A stretch of DNA of 64,000 nt from an uncultured beta proteobacterium (GTDB taxonomy: Bacteria; Pseudomonadota; Gammaproteobacteria; Burkholderiales; Gallionellaceae), in assembly GCA_963721375.1 (NCBI GenBank), contig CAVRIW010000009.1:14458-78457 (forward strand), written 5' to 3'. The translations under genes were made by a program, and so were the position numbers. The number at the start of each line of letters is the position of its first letter. The first letter of the stretch is position 1. Below the pieces are notes generated by a model, which saw only the letters and a list, made by a program, of their open reading frames with translations, searched no databases and was not told the DNA's origin. Below are positions 1 to 14,658 of the stretch, one piece after another.

Positions 1-115
1 CGTCCGGATCGATCACCAGAAAATTCTCGCCCTCGCGGAAACAATCCACCGGACACACTTCGACGCAGTCGGTGTATTTGCAGCGGATGCAGTTTTCAGC
101 AACGACGTAGGTCAT
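1..115 (-). CDS. fdxA: Ferredoxin, FdxA family (5' part, runs off window)
   Basis: Manual translation from ATG at 115: [38 protein letters not shown]. Confidence 0.9.
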   Translation of the reverse strand, partial: MTYVVAENCIRCKYTDCVEVCPVDCFREGENFLVIDPD

Positions 116-131
116 TTCACACCTCCTGTAA

Positions 132-841
132 CTAATGCGCCAAGCCGTGCAACCAATGCCGGTAAAGCTGCACTGCCACGCGATGCAGTTCGGGCAGTTT
201 GTCGCCCATCTGCGCTTGCATCACTTGCGCAGATTGTACCGCCGGACTGCTGGCACTGGCAGCGAGTTCTTCTGCGCCGATTTCGCACCAGTCGCGGATC
301 ATCGGCTCGGTCATTTCGACATGGCATTGCATCGCCAGATGTTTGCCGATGGCATAAGCCTGGTTCGCACAGTGCGCGCTGGAGAGCAGATGCACCGCGC
401 CTTGCGGCAGACTGAAAGTCTCGCCGTGCCAGTGGAAGGACTCGAACGAACGGATGTCGCCGAACCACTGCGCGTGCAGTGTCGTTGTCGCGACACGTCG
501 ACCTTGCCCCAGCCGATCTCTTTCACCGGGTTCTTGCTCACCACGCCGCCCAGCGCTTTGGACATGAGTTGTCCGCCGAGGCAATGTCCGAGCAGCGGAA
601 TGTCCTTGGCATACGCATCGCGGATCAGCGCCAGCACCTTGGGTATCCACGGCAGGTCGTCGTTCACGCTCATCGGCCCGCCCATGAACACCAGGCCGGA
701 GAACGCGCTGGCGTCCGCCGGCACCGCATCGCCCTCGTCGATGCGGATCATCACCCAGGGAATGGCGTGCTCGTTGAGGAAAGTCGCGAAGTAGCCGGGA
801 CCTTCGGAGCGTGCGTGGCGGAAGATGGCGATGGGTTTCAT
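132..841 (-). CDS. Type 1 glutamine amidotransferase (GMP-synthase-like), frameshift near 480
   Basis: GGPMSVND and LGHCLGGQL (catalytic Cys) in ORF 311-841; FHWHGETF and QCHVE in ORF 132-845. Confidence 0.85.
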
Positions 842-846
842 TCATT

Positions 847-918
847 GGGAAGGGTCAAGGGAAAGGAAACGTGCCTCGGCGCTCAAGGGAAAACAGCGCC
901 TTTTCCCTTCCCTCTTCT
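847..918. repeat. Purine/pyrimidine-armed palindromic intergenic element, copy 1
   Basis: GGGAAGGG..AAGGGAAAGG left arm and CCTTTTCCCTTCCCTCTTCTC right arm; shares core motifs with 2894-2985. Confidence 0.7.
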
Positions 919-923
919 CAAGC

Positions 924-2826
<1,903 letters not shown>

Positions 2827-2855
2827 ATGTCCTCCTGGAAAAAAATGTTTTGCTT

Positions 2856-2883
2856 AGCTGAGGGCGCCTGTCAGCTTTTCAAG
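2856..2883 (-). promoter_or_regulatory. Putative sigma32 promoter of htpG
   Basis: Minus strand CTTGAAA-N13-CCTCAGCT resembles TTGAAA-N13/14-CCCCATNT, upstream of a heat-shock gene. Confidence 0.55.
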
Positions 2884-2893
2884 AGCTGAGAAT

Positions 2894-2985
2894 GGGAAGG
2901 GGGAAGAGAGAAAGGATCGCACCTTTGGTGCTCAAGGGTAAATGCCAAACCAGCGCTTTTACCCTTCCCCCTTCCCGCTTCCCCC
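2894..2985. repeat. Purine/pyrimidine-armed palindromic intergenic element, copy 2
   Basis: GGGAAGGGGGAAG... left arm, CCCTTCCCCCTTCCCGCTTCCCC right arm; core GGTGCTCAAGGGTAAA..CAGCGCTTTT matches copy 1. Confidence 0.7.
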
Positions 2986-3001
2986 TGCTCCAACCAAACC
3001 C

Positions 3002-3799
3002 TCAATCCTTGGTCTTGTCCCGCTCGATCAGCGCATAGGCCGAATGGTTGTGTATCGATTCGAAGTTCTCCGACTCGACGATGTAGGCCTCGATGCGCTC
3101 GTCCGCATTCAGCGCGGCAGCCACATCGCGCACCATGTCTTCGACGAACTTTGGATTGTCATAGGCGCGTTCGGTGACGAACTTCTCGTCGGGACGTTTC
3201 AGCAGGCCGTACAACTCGCTCGATGCCTGTTCTTCGGCAACGCGCACCACCTCCTCGATCCACACCGAGCGATTGAGGCGCGCAGTGATGGTGACATGGG
3301 AACGCTGGTTGTGCGCGCCGCGCTCGGAGATCTCCTTGGAGCAGGGGCACAGGCTGGTCACCGGGATCAGCACCTTCATGGTGAAGCGATACTTGCCTTC
3401 GACGATCTCGCCGATGAAGGTGACGTCGTAATCAAGCAGGCTCTGCACGCCGGAAATGGGGGCGGTCTTGTTGACGAAATAGGGAAAGGCCATCTCGATG
3501 TAGCCGGACTGGGCTTCCAGTTTATCCGTCATCTCGCGCAGGATACTTTCGAACGATTCGACGGAAATCTCGCGCCCGTGCTGATTCAAGATCTGCACGA
3601 AGCGCGACATGTGCGTGCCTTTGAAGTTGTGCGGCAGGTGCACGTACATGTTGAAGGTGGCGATGGTGTGCTGCACGCCATCGCTCTTGTCTTTCACGAC
3701 GATGGGATGGCGAATGCTCTTGATGCCGACCTTGTTGATCGCCAGTTGGCGCGTGTCGGCGCTGCTTTGTACGTCTGCAATAGGTGCCATGGAATTCAT
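3002..3799 (-). CDS. folE2: GTP cyclohydrolase IB (FolE2)
   Basis: [31 protein letters not shown] motifs; start placed at [11 protein letters not shown]. Confidence 0.95.
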   Translation of the reverse strand: MNSMAPIADVQSSADTRQLAINKVGIKSIRHPIVVKDKSDGVQHTIATFNMYVHLPHNFKGTHMSRFVQILNQHGREISVESFESILREMTDKLEAQSGYIEMAFPYFVNKTAPISGVQSLLDYDVTFIGEIVEGKYRFTMKVLIPVTSLCPCSKEISERGAHNQRSHVTITARLNRSVWIEEVVRVAEEQASSELYGLLKRPDEKFVTERAYDNPKFVEDMVRDVAAALNADERIEAYIVESENFESIHNHSAYALIERDKTKD

Positions 3800-3861
3800 G
3801 ATGAACTTCCTGAATAGGGGAACGGAAAGATTATAGTCAATTCCCGACGAAATCACTCAAG

Positions 3862-5710
3862 CTATTTTCTAGCGGCGGCAGCCCCGATGGCCCGCACCAT
3901 GCCCGCCGCATCCAGCCCGCAATCGGCCAGCAATTGCTTGTGCTCACCCTGCTCGATGAATCGATCGGGCAAGCCCAGATGCAACAGTGGAACAGCGATG
4001 CCATGCTGCGCCAGACATTCTGCGACCGCACTGCCCGCGCCGCCCTGCACGGTGTTTTCTTCCACCGTCACCAGCAGCGCGTGTTCGCGCGCCAGCTTCA
4101 AAACCAATTCCTCGTCCAGCGGCTTGACGAAACGCATGTTGGCCACCGTGGCATCCAGCTGATCGGCGGCTTCCAGTGCGGGCGCCAGCATGGAACCGAA
4201 CGCGAGGATGGCCACTTTCTTGCCGTTGCGGCGCAGCTCGCCCTTGCCGACGGGCAACGTCTGCAGGTCTTTCTGCACCGCGACTCCCGGCCCGGTACCG
4301 CGCGGATAGCGCACTGCCGTCGGGCTGTTCATCTTGTGTGCGGTGCTCAACATCTGACGGCATTCGTTCTCGTCAGACGGTGTCATCACCGTCATGTTGG
4401 GGATGCAGCGCAGGAAAGAAAGATCGAAGCTGCCGGCATGGGTCGCGCCGTCCGCGCCGACCAGTCCGCCGCGGTCGATGGCCAGCATGACGGGCAGGTT
4501 CTGGATGGCGATGTCGTGGATGAGCTGGTCGTAGGCGCGCTGCAGGAAGGTGGAATAGATCGCCACCACCGGTTTGTAGCCGTCGCAGGCCAGGCCCGCC
4601 GCGAAGGTGAGCGCGTGCTGTTCGGCGATGCCGACATCGAAATAACGCTGCGGAAATTTCTCCGAGAATGCCTGCATGCCCGAGCCGTCGCACATGGCCG
4701 GGGTGATGCCGACCAGTTTCTCGTCTTGCTGCCGCCATATCGCACAACCAGTCGCCGAACACCTGGGTGTAGGTCACGTACGGAGCGGGCTTGGGTATGA
4801 TGCCGCTGGTGCGATCGAACTTGCCGACCCCGTGATACAGCAGACAGTCTTCTTCCGCCAGGGCATAGCCCTTGCCCTTCTGCGTGACGATGTGCAGGAA
4901 CTGCGGGCCTTCCAGTTTGCGGATGTTGCTCAGCGTATCCAGCAGCACGTTCAGGTCGTGGCCGTCGATGGGGCCGATGTAGTTGAAGCCGAATTCCTCG
5001 AACATGGTGCCCGGCGTGACCATGCCTTTGACGTGCTCCTCGGCGCGCTTGGCGAACTCCAGCATGGGCGGCATGCCCTTCAGCACCTTCTCGCTGCCGC
5101 GCCGCATCGCGGCATAGAAACGGCCGGACATCAGCTTCGCCAGATAGTTGTTCAGCGCGCCGACCGGGCGCGAGATGGACATGTCGTTGTCGTTGAGGAT
5201 GACCAGCAGGTTCGCATCCATCGCGCCCGCGTTGTTCAGCGCCTCGAACGCCATGCCGCCGGTCATCGCGCCGTCGCCGATGATGGCCACCGCGCGCTCG
5301 TCGGAGCCGCGCAATTTGGCCGCGACCGCCATGCCCAGCGCCGCCGAGATGGAGGTACTGGAGTGGCCGGTGCCGAAAGTGTCGTATGGACTTTCGTCGC
5401 GCTTGGGGAAGCCGGCGATGCCGCCCTGCATGCGCAACGTGCTCATCGCCGCGCGGCGCCCGGTCAGTATCTTGTGCACATAGGTCTGGTGGCCGACATC
5501 CCACACCAGCTTGTCTTGCGGCGTGTTGAAGATGGTGTGCAAGGCGATGGTCAGTTCCACCGTGCCGAGATTGGACGACAGATGGCCGCCGGTCTTGCTC
5601 ACCGATTCGATCAGGAACTCGCGCAGCTCGGCCGCCAGTTGCGGCAACTGTTCGCGCTCCAGTTTGCGCAGGTCGTCCGGGCTGTTGATGGTATCGAGCA
5701 AAGTGAACAT
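3862..5710 (-). CDS. dxs: 1-deoxy-D-xylulose-5-phosphate synthase, one extra base at ~4730
   Basis: [38 protein letters not shown] motifs across two frames. Confidence 0.97.
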
Positions 5711-6597
5711 CAGAACTTTCTCATCACGATGAAGTCGGCCAGTTCGCGCAGACGTTGCGCTGCTGCACCGAACTCGACCAGCGCATCCAGCGCCTCGGCA
5801 TGCAGCTCCGCTGCCATCTTCTTCGCGGCAGGCGCGCCGAGCAGCGTGACATAGGTCGGCTTGTCGTTGTCCGCATCCTTGCCTGCGGTCTTGCCCAGCG
5901 TGGCGGTGTCGGCTTCGCTGTCCAGCACGTCGTCCACCACCTGGAAGGCCAGCCCGATGCATTTGCCGTAGTGGTCGAGCTTGTCGAGTTGCGCCTGGTT
6001 CAGGTTGCCGCAATGCGCACCGAGCAGGATGGCGGCGCGGATCAGTGCGCCGGTCTTGTGGATGTGCATCTGCTCCAGTTCGGGCAAGGTGAGTTGCTTG
6101 CCCACGCTGGCGAGGTCGATGGCCTGACCGCCCGCCATGCCGCGCGAACCGGAAGCCACGGCCAGCAGCTTCACCATCTGCAATTGTTTGGCGGCATCGT
6201 CGCTCAGGCGCTGTTCGGACAACAACTGGAACGCCAGACTTTGCAGCGCGTCGCCCACCAGCAATGCGGTGGCTTCGTCGTATTCGACATGGCAGGTCGG
6301 TTTGCCGCGGCGCAGCACGTCGTCGTCCATGCACGGCATGTCGTCGTGCACCAGCGAATAGGCGTGGATGAGTTCGACGGCGGCGGCAGCGATCTCGACG
6401 CGCTCGACCGGTGCACCGCTCAGCTCGCCTGCGGCATAAGCCAGCAACGGACGCACGCGCTTGCCGCCTTCCAGCACGCTGTAGCGCATCGCGGCATGCA
6501 GACGTTGCGGCGCGATCTCGGCCTGCGGCAGCAGGCGCTTCAATACATCTTCAAAACGGGATTGTCGGGTGGATACCCAGGAGGAGAAATCAGACAT
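5710..6597 (-). CDS. ispA: Farnesyl diphosphate synthase
   Basis: [29 protein letters not shown]; xseB-ispA-dxs order. Confidence 0.95.
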   Translation of the reverse strand: MSDFSSWVSTRQSRFEDVLKRLLPQAEIAPQRLHAAMRYSVLEGGKRVRPLLAYAAGELSGAPVERVEIAAAAVELIHAYSLVHDDMPCMDDDVLRRGKPTCHVEYDEATALLVGDALQSLAFQLLSEQRLSDDAAKQLQMVKLLAVASGSRGMAGGQAIDLASVGKQLTLPELEQMHIHKTGALIRAAILLGAHCGNLNQAQLDKLDHYGKCIGLAFQVVDDVLDSEADTATLGKTAGKDADNDKPTYVTLLGAPAAKKMAAELHAEALDALVEFGAAAQRLRELADFIVMRKF

Positions 6598-6599
6598 CG

Positions 6600-6836
6600 T
6601 CAGTTCGCATCGCTAGCTGCGGTGAAATCTTTCAACGCACCGTCTTCCAGCACGCGCACTTGCTGTTGCGCATCGTCCAGACGGGAACGGCAGGACGACA
6701 ACAATTCCGCACCGCGCTTGTAGGCGGCCAGCGAATCTTCCAGCGTCAGCTTGCCGGACTCCATGTCCGCCACCACTTGCTCCAGCTCCGCCAGCGCCGC
6801 TTCGAAACTCTGTGTCTTGCCGGATTTTGCCGCCAT
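6600..6836 (-). CDS. xseB: Exodeoxyribonuclease VII small subunit
   Basis: SFEAALAELEQVVADMESGKLTLEDSLAAYKRG; synteny. Confidence 0.95.
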   Translation of the reverse strand: MAAKSGKTQSFEAALAELEQVVADMESGKLTLEDSLAAYKRGAELLSSCRSRLDDAQQQVRVLEDGALKDFTAASDAN

Positions 6837-6978
6837 CTCGATTCCTGTATCCATCTGTAACTGCGTAAGGGCGGCATTTTACCCAAGCCCCCGACACAGA
6901 GCCAATTTTTGTTGCCCCCCCCTCTGATTTCGGGGACAATCGCCGCCCCTGAAATCCGTATTCACAGAAAGAGTGGGT

Positions 6979-8117
6979 ATGTCCGAAATAGCCAAGCCAC
7001 AGCAATTCAACCCAGTTTCGGCGCAACCGCCGTTGCGCTGGTATTTCGATCCGCAAGTTCTGGAGGTAGAGCAGCGCGTGCTGCTCGATGCCGGGCCGAA
7101 ATACGTCGGGCATGAATTGATGGTGCCCAATCTCGGCGACTATCACGTGATCGAGTGGATGGACAAAGCCAAGATGCTGGTGCGCAACGAGGGCGGCGTG
7201 GAGCTGCTGTCCAACATCTGCCGCCATCGCCAGGCCACCATGCTGGAAGGGCGCGGCAGCGCGAAGAACATCGTGTGCCCGCTGCATCGCTGGACTTACA
7301 AGAACGACGGCGAGCTGATCGGTGCGCCGCACTTCCCCGCACAATCCCTGCCTGCACCTGAACAAGACGCCGCTGCAAAACTGGAACGGCCTGCTGTTCG
7401 CCGGGCAGCGCGACATCGCCAAGGACCTGGCGACCATGCCCGCCTTCAAGGAGATCGACTTCTCCGGCTACATGCTGGATCGCGTGGAAGTGGATGAATA
7501 CAACTTCAACTGGAAGACCTTCATCGAGGTCTATCAGGAGGACTACCACGTGGTGCCGTTCCATCCCGGCCTGGGGCAGCTGGTCAATTGCGACGATCTC
7601 AAATGGACTTTCGGCGAGCACTACAGCGTGCAGACCGTGGGCATCAATGACCCGAAGCGCAAGGCGGGCAGCCCGGTCTATGAGAAATGGGCCGCGCAGT
7701 TCATGCACTACAACAAGGGCGAGCTGCCGAAATACGGCGCGATCTGGCTGACCTACTACCCCAACATCACGGTCGAGTGGTATCCGAACACGCTGGTGGT
7801 GAGCACCGTCGTGCCGCGCGGCCCCGATGCCTGCACCAACATCGTGGAGTTCTACTACCCCGAGGACATCGTGCTGTTCGAGCGCGAATATGTCGAAGCC
7901 GAGAAGAAGGCCTACCGCGAAACGGCAGTGGAAGACGACATCATCTGCCTGCGCATGCATCAGGGTCGCCGCGCCTTGTACAAGCAGGGCGTGGAAGATG
8001 TCGGTCCGTACCAGTCGCCGACCGAGGACGGCATGCTGCACTTCCATGAGTTCCTGCGCCGCAACCTCGAACCGCACCTTAACCGTCATTCCGCCGAACC
8101 GGAAAACGGACCAATAG
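6979..8117 (+). CDS. Rieske non-heme iron oxygenase alpha-type subunit (frameshifts ~7340 and probably ~8081)
   Basis: CRHR...CPLH Rieske ligands; NWKTFIEVYQEDYHVVPFH mononuclear Fe motif; 3' end inferred. Confidence 0.85.
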
Positions 8118-8118
8118 C

Positions 8119-8973
8119 ATGGGTGCGTTATGGATGCTGGTTGCCGGTCTGCTGTTCGCCTGCATGGGCGTGCTCGTCAAGTTCGGCGCAGCCCACTTCT
8201 CCAGCAGCGAACTGGTGTTCTACCGCTCCTTCTTCGGCCTGCTGGTCGTGGCCGCCATGCTGCTCCGCAACCGCACCACGCTCGCCACGCCGCACTGGCG
8301 CGGCCATCTGTGGCGCGGACTGTCCGGCACCATCGCCATGATGCTGTTCTTCTACTGCATCGCCACCCTGCCGCTGGCGACTGCCATCACGCTGAACTAC
8401 ACCTCGTCGCTGTTCCTCACCGCGCTCACTTTGATCGTGTACAAGGATCGTTTCCATCTGCCGCTCACTGCCAGCTTGGCACTGGGCTTCGTCGGCGTGG
8501 TGTTGCTGCTGCACCCCACACTGGGGCGCGAACAATTTATCAGCGGATTGCTGGGATTGATCTCCGGCTTCCTCGCCGGAATAGCGCTGCTGAACGTGCG
8601 CCAACTCGGATTGCTGGGCGAACCGGCAGTGCGCGTGGTGTTCTACTTCAACCTGGTCGCCACGCTGTTCAGCGGGATATGGATGGCACAAGGCGAAGTG
8701 CATGCAGTTGCACTGAGTGACCTGCCGCTGTTGCTCGCCTTAGGCGCATCCGCCACCTTCGCCCAGCTCGCCATGACGCGCGCCTACCGCATCGGTCAAA
8801 CGCAGGTGGTGAGCACTCTGTCTTACAGCACCATCGTTTTCTCGGCCCTGTTCGGATTGCTGTTCTGGCAAGAGCTGCTCACCCCCGGCGCATGGCTCGG
8901 CATCGCGCTCATCATCGCCAGCGGCATGTTAAGCTTGCGCCTAGCACCAATTCACACAGAGGCCAGCAAATGA
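8119..8973 (+). CDS. DMT/EamA family transporter
   Basis: 284 aa, about 10 hydrophobic segments, ELVFYRS and [12 protein letters not shown] patterns. Confidence 0.85.
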   Translation: MGALWMLVAGLLFACMGVLVKFGAAHFSSSELVFYRSFFGLLVVAAMLLRNRTTLATPHWRGHLWRGLSGTIAMMLFFYCIATLPLATAITLNYTSSLFLTALTLIVYKDRFHLPLTASLALGFVGVVLLLHPTLGREQFISGLLGLISGFLAGIALLNVRQLGLLGEPAVRVVFYFNLVATLFSGIWMAQGEVHAVALSDLPLLLALGASATFAQLAMTRAYRIGQTQVVSTLSYSTIVFSALFGLLFWQELLTPGAWLGIALIIASGMLSLRLAPIHTEASK

Positions 8974-9317
8974 TCACCATCGAAGAAAACCAACAACTCG
9001 TCAACATCGCCGTCATGGGCGAATTCACCATCACCGATTTCAAGCAGTTCGAAGAACACGCGCTGTACAAACTCAAAGCGCCGGGCAAAGTGAACCTGTT
9101 GTTCGACCTGCGCGGCATGCTCGCCTACACCCCGGATGTCGCATGGGAAGAAATCAAATTCTTCAGCCGCCAGCACAACCACGACTTCAACAAGATCGCC
9201 GTCGTCACCGACGACCAATGGATCACCTGGCAGGCATGGTTGTCACGCATTTTCGTGGATGCGGATATTCGGGCGTTCGGCGATTACAGCGAAGCGCAGG
9301 GTTGGGTGCAGGGGTAG
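8970..9317 (+). CDS. SpoIIAA-like STAS/SEC14 domain protein
   Basis: ATGA overlap with upstream gene; LLFDLRGM, KIAVVTDDQW, EAQGWV. Confidence 0.8.
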   Translation: MITIEENQQLVNIAVMGEFTITDFKQFEEHALYKLKAPGKVNLLFDLRGMLAYTPDVAWEEIKFFSRQHNHDFNKIAVVTDDQWITWQAWLSRIFVDADIRAFGDYSEAQGWVQG

Positions 9318-9466
9318 CAAATTGGATGTACCTTCCCATGGATCTTTGCCTAATGAAGCTTGGATTCCATAATTTCCGCCCAACAACAGTAAAAATTACA
9401 TGACGGCTGCCGGCTCATCCGCCTTGAGTGAGTCTTTACAGGCGCGTTTTAGGGTGTCCGCTTTAC

Positions 9467-9889
9467 GTTAGCCACTTTAGGAAAATCGCATGGACGGTAA
9501 TATTTCGGCTGCGCTTTCAGCACTTCTCGGCACCATTGTCGGCGGGGGCATTACATTTCTATTGAACAGGCAGCAACTGCAACACCAACTCTCCATTTCA
9601 AGAGAACAGAACAAAACCGAGTACATGGCGGAGGAAAGTGTTAGACATTTCCTGAACCATGAGGGCTATACGGACAGATCTTTTGAAACCCTTCAAAAAC
9701 ATCTGGGTGGATTTGAGCCAGATGAGCTCAGGAAAATTTTGGTTAGAGCGGGTGCTATCAGAACCTACCGCGAAGACGGTTCGGAATGGTGGCGTCTTCT
9801 GTCCAGAATGGGCGAATACATCGAGAAAAAATCTGCCAGACGTAGCTAACAATTCGTTCAAAGCCGACGGCCTTAACTCAAAGTTGGAC
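9467..9889 (+). mobile_element. Solitary integron gene cassette (core site GTTAGCC to degenerate attC)
   Basis: GTTAGCC at 9467-9473; ORF stop lies within AGCTAAC at 9844-9850; AATTCGTTCAAAGCCGACG-GCCTTAACTCAAAGTTGGAC follows. Confidence 0.7.
9490..9849 (+). CDS. Hypothetical membrane-anchored protein (cassette cargo)
   Basis: AGGA SD, N-terminal hydrophobic helix, AT-richer codon usage than neighbours. Confidence 0.8.
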   Translation: MDGNISAALSALLGTIVGGGITFLLNRQQLQHQLSISREQNKTEYMAEESVRHFLNHEGYTDRSFETLQKHLGGFEPDELRKILVRAGAIRTYREDGSEWWRLLSRMGEYIEKKSARRS

Positions 9890-9911
9890 ATGAATAGTTT
9901 CCCCAAAACAA

Positions 9912-9938
9912 AAAACCCGCTTTCGCGGGTTTTCTTTT
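9912..9938. terminator. Bidirectional intrinsic terminator downstream of rpmG
   Basis: AAAACCCGC-TTTC-GCGGGTTTT hairpin with A-run and T-run flanks. Confidence 0.85.
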
Positions 9939-9960
9939 GCACAACTGAAACTTCACTGAA

Positions 9961-10116
9961 TTACTTCAGCTTGGTTTCCTTGTACAGAACGTGCTTGCGC
10001 GCAACGGGATCGAACTTCTTGATCTCGAGCTTTTCCGGCGTAGTGCGCTTGTTCTTGTCGGTGGTATAGAAATGGCCAGTTCCGGCGCTGGATTCCAGTT
10101 TGATCTTTTCACGCAT
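9961..10116 (-). CDS. rpmG: 50S ribosomal protein L33
   Basis: Manual translation [51 protein letters not shown]. Confidence 0.97.
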   Translation of the reverse strand: MREKIKLESSAGTGHFYTTDKNKRTTPEKLEIKKFDPVARKHVLYKETKLK

Positions 10117-10129
10117 GATTCGTTACTCC

Positions 10130-10366
10130 TTAGACTTTTTCGCCGCGAGCACGCATTTCGAACAGAACGGCGTCGATGCCGTTCTTGTCGATAGTGCGCA
10201 ATCCAGCATTGGTCAGGCGCAAAGCCACCCAACGATTTTCAGTTTCTACCCACAAGCGGCGACGTTGCAGATTCGGCAAGAAACGACGCTTGGTTTTATT
10301 GTTCGCGTGGGAAATGTTGTTGCCCACCATCGGTTTTTTTCCAGTTACTTGACAGACGCGTGCCAT
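10130..10366 (-). CDS. rpmB: 50S ribosomal protein L28
   Basis: [33 protein letters not shown]. Confidence 0.98.
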   Translation of the reverse strand: MARVCQVTGKKPMVGNNISHANNKTKRRFLPNLQRRRLWVETENRWVALRLTNAGLRTIDKNGIDAVLFEMRARGEKV

Positions 10367-10439
10367 GACAATTTCCCCAACCAGTTTTTCAAAGAGGCGC
10401 GATTCTACCTAAACACTTGCAAAGACACAACCCGAAGTT

Positions 10440-11738
10440 TCAGTTTCCTTTTCTGTACAGGGCAGACTGGGCATGAGCCTGCAACCCCTCGCCAAAAGCC
10501 AGGGTTGCGGCGATCTCGCCCAGTTTCTTCGCGCCTTGTGCGGAAACCTGGATCAGGCTGCTGCGCTTCTGGAAGTCATACACCCCCAGCGGCGAGGAGA
10601 AACGCGCCGTGCCGGAGGTGGGCAGGACGTGGTTCGGGCCCGCGCAGTAGTCGCCCAACGACTCGGAGGTATAGCGCCCCATGAAGATGGCTCCGGCATG
10701 CCTGAGCTTGGGCAGCCAGTCTTGCGGGTCGGCCACGGACAGCTCCAGGTGTTCCGGTGCGATGCGGTTGCTGATGCGGCAGGCTTCGTCCAGGTCGGCC
10801 ACATGGATCAGCGCACCGCGATTCTCCAGCGCGGTCTTGATGATGTCCTTGCGCGGCATTTGCTGCAGCAGCTTGTTGGCACTCGCCGCCACAGCCTCGA
10901 TGAACACTGCGTCCGGCGACAGCAGGATGGCCTGTGCCAGCTCGTCGTGCTCGGCCTGCGAGAACAAATCCATCGCCACCCAGTCCGGATCGGTCTTGCC
11001 GTCGCAGATGACCAATATCTCGGAAGGTCCGGCGATCATGTCGATACCGCACACGCCGAACACACGGCGCTTGGCGGCGGCGACATAGGCATTGCCGGGG
11101 CCGACGATCTTGTCCACCTTGGGGATGGTCGCCGTGCCATAAGCCAGCGCCGCTACAGCCTGTGCACCGCCGATGGTGAACACGCGATCCACACCGGCCA
11201 GATACGCTGCTGCCAGCACCAGCTGATTCTTCACACCGTCCGGCGTGGGTACCACCATGATGAGTTCGCTCACCCCTGCCACTTTGGCGGGCAGCGCGTT
11301 CATCAAGACAGAAGAGGGATAAGCCGCCTTGCCGCCGGGCACGTAAAGACCAACGCGATCCAGCGGTGTGATCTGCTGCCCGAGCATGGTGCCGTCATCA
11401 TCGAGATAGCGCCAGGAGGCCTGCACTTGTTTCTGGTGATACTCGGTAACGCGCTGCGCGGCCTGTTCCAGTGCGCTCTTCTGTTCGACAGGCAGCCCCT
11501 CAAAGGCGGCCTGCAGTTCGGCGCGAGGCAACTCCATGGCAGAGGCATGCGCCAGCGGCAGGCGGTCGAACTTGCGCGTGTATTCCAGCACGGCGTCATC
11601 GCCGCGTTTCTTCACATCGGCAAGGATGGACGCGACGGTCGCTTCCAGCTTTTCGTCGGCGGTCTCTTCGAAGGCCAGCAGCTTGTTCAGCTTGGCATCG
11701 AAGTCGGCTTGCCTGGTTGATAGTCGTGTGATGTTCAT
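10440..11738 (-). CDS. hisD: Histidinol dehydrogenase
   Basis: [43 protein letters not shown]. Confidence 0.97.
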   Translation of the reverse strand: MNITRLSTRQADFDAKLNKLLAFEETADEKLEATVASILADVKKRGDDAVLEYTRKFDRLPLAHASAMELPRAELQAAFEGLPVEQKSALEQAAQRVTEYHQKQVQASWRYLDDDGTMLGQQITPLDRVGLYVPGGKAAYPSSVLMNALPAKVAGVSELIMVVPTPDGVKNQLVLAAAYLAGVDRVFTIGGAQAVAALAYGTATIPKVDKIVGPGNAYVAAAKRRVFGVCGIDMIAGPSEILVICDGKTDPDWVAMDLFSQAEHDELAQAILLSPDAVFIEAVAASANKLLQQMPRKDIIKTALENRGALIHVADLDEACRISNRIAPEHLELSVADPQDWLPKLRHAGAIFMGRYTSESLGDYCAGPNHVLPTSGTARFSSPLGVYDFQKRSSLIQVSAQGAKKLGEIAATLAFGEGLQAHAQSALYRKGN

Positions 11739-12370
11739 TTTATGGCTCCGGCAAAGGCATCCAGCATCGGCTGGATGGTCGCACGCTTGAGCTTCAGCGA
11801 GGCCTGATTCACCACCAGCCGCGAGGAGATCGGCGCGACATCTTCCACCGCTCTGAGGTTGTTGGCCTTCAGGGTGGCGCCGCTGCTCACCAGATCGACG
11901 ATGGCATCGGATAGGCCGACCAGCGGTGCCAGCTCCATCGAACCGTACAGCTTGATGAGATCGACGTGCACGCCCTTGGCGGCGAAGTGTTCGCGCGCCG
12001 TCTTCACATATTTGGTCGCCACGCGCAGGCGCGCACCCTGCTTCACCGCCGACTCGTAATCGAAGTCGTTGCGCACCGCGACCATCATGCGGCACTTGGC
12101 GATATTGAGGTCGAGCGGCTGGTACAGGCCTTCGCCGCCGTGTTCATTCAGCACATCCTTGCCCGCCACGCCCATATCTGCGGCGCCGTATTGCACATAG
12201 GTCGGCACATCGGAAGCGCGCACGATGATGAGGCGTACATCGGCGCGGTTGGTCGACAAGATAAGTTTGCGCGAAGACTCCGGGTCTTCCAGCGCGGTGA
12301 TGCCTGCCGCTTGCAGCAGTGGCAGGGTCTCTTCAAAGATGCGGCCTTTGGATAAGGCGATGGTGATCAT
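11735..12370 (-). CDS. hisG: ATP phosphoribosyltransferase (short form)
   Basis: [36 protein letters not shown]. Confidence 0.97.
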   Translation of the reverse strand: MITIALSKGRIFEETLPLLQAAGITALEDPESSRKLILSTNRADVRLIIVRASDVPTYVQYGAADMGVAGKDVLNEHGGEGLYQPLDLNIAKCRMMVAVRNDFDYESAVKQGARLRVATKYVKTAREHFAAKGVHVDLIKLYGSMELAPLVGLSDAIVDLVSSGATLKANNLRAVEDVAPISSRLVVNQASLKLKRATIQPMLDAFAGAIK

Positions 12371-12419
12371 TTCTCTATTTCCTATTATTTGAGGCGGCGC
12401 TTGCGTCGCCCAATAGTAT

Positions 12420-13679
<1,260 letters not shown>

Positions 13680-13703
13680 CTAAATTTTGTAAAAAAAGCC
13701 CGC

Positions 13704-13997
13704 TCAGGAAATGGACAGCACTTCAGCCACATCGTAAAGATTGGCGAGACTGAGCAGATTGGGCGGAAGGTTGATGAATGAAAGTTGCACAGCGTTTTCC
13801 CGTGCCTGACGCGACCACTGCAAGAGCACGCTCACGGCGGACGAATCCACCGCCTCGACCTGTGCCAGATCGACCACCAGCTTATCGCCCGCCACGGAAC
13901 GCGGCTCACCGTTGAACAGCGAGCTTGCCGCTGCTCTGGCCGTATCCAGCGTCAAGCGGCCAGACACCGTTATTCGATCGCCTTCACGCTGTATCAA
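13704..13997 (-). CDS. mlaB: STAS domain protein MlaB
   Basis: VDLAQVEAVDSSAVSVLLQW; last gene of mla operon. Confidence 0.85.
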   Translation of the reverse strand: MIQREGDRITVSGRLTLDTARAAASSLFNGEPRSVAGDKLVVDLAQVEAVDSSAVSVLLQWSRQARENAVQLSFINLPPNLLSLANLYDVAEVLSIS

Positions 13998-14634
13998 TTG
14001 GACTGCACCTTCTTTTGGGTTGCCGTACGGTTCGCGGCAAGGTTCTTATCGGCCAACGCCTGGACCAAACCATCGATCCCTACTTGCTGGATCTGATCGG
14101 CGAACGACCCACGATAACTGGTGACCAGGCTCACCCCCTCCACGGTCACATCGAACGCCTTCCAGCCTGTAGGCGATTTCTGCATCTCGTAATCGATGGT
14201 CACGGCTTGCCCGCTCTTGAGGCGAATCACGGTACGCACCGTCGTCTCAGCATCATCACTGCCCAACTTGACCGGCTTGACCTCAACCTTGGGGTCGGGA
14301 TAAGTGATGAACACTTTGGTGTAGGTGCGTACCAGCATGGTGCGAAACTCTGCGGTAAGCGCCTGCTTCTGCTCTGTCGTGGCCGTGCGCCAGCTGCGCC
14401 CCACTGCCAGTTGTGTCATGCGGGTGAAATCGAAATGCGGCAGGATCTTCGCGTCCACCAGTTCCAGCAAGCGCTTCTGGTTGGACACGATACCGCGGTC
14501 GGTATTCACGATCTGCATCACCTCGCGCACCGTGTTATCGATCAACACATCCGGAGAGGGTACTCTTCCGCCTGCGCCATGGAAGGCACAGCCGACACCA
14601 ATACCCATAGCAACGCAAAAGTTAGTTTTTTCAT
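13994..14634 (-). CDS. mlaC: Phospholipid-binding protein MlaC (frameshift ~14560 after signal peptide)
   Basis: MKKLTFALLWVLVSAVPSMA signal; PHFDFTRMTQLAVGRSW; DVTVEGVSLVTSYR. Confidence 0.9.
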
Positions 14635-14658
14635 GTTCTGCAGTCTTCCAACAATGAG

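Noticed and set aside
6915-6922. C8 tract in the xseB/Rieske divergent promoter as a phase-variation switch
   Set aside because: The tract is short, the neighbours are not typical contingency genes, and homopolymer length is unreliable in this assembly.
9378-9473. Second attC upstream of the cassette (GCCCAAC...GTTAGCC)
   Set aside because: Core-like ends are present, but I could not find complementary L boxes or an internal stem.
12393-12410. GGCGGCGC-TT-GCGTCGCC hairpin between murA and hisG as a his attenuator
   Set aside because: No His-rich leader peptide; at most a weak terminator or processing stem.
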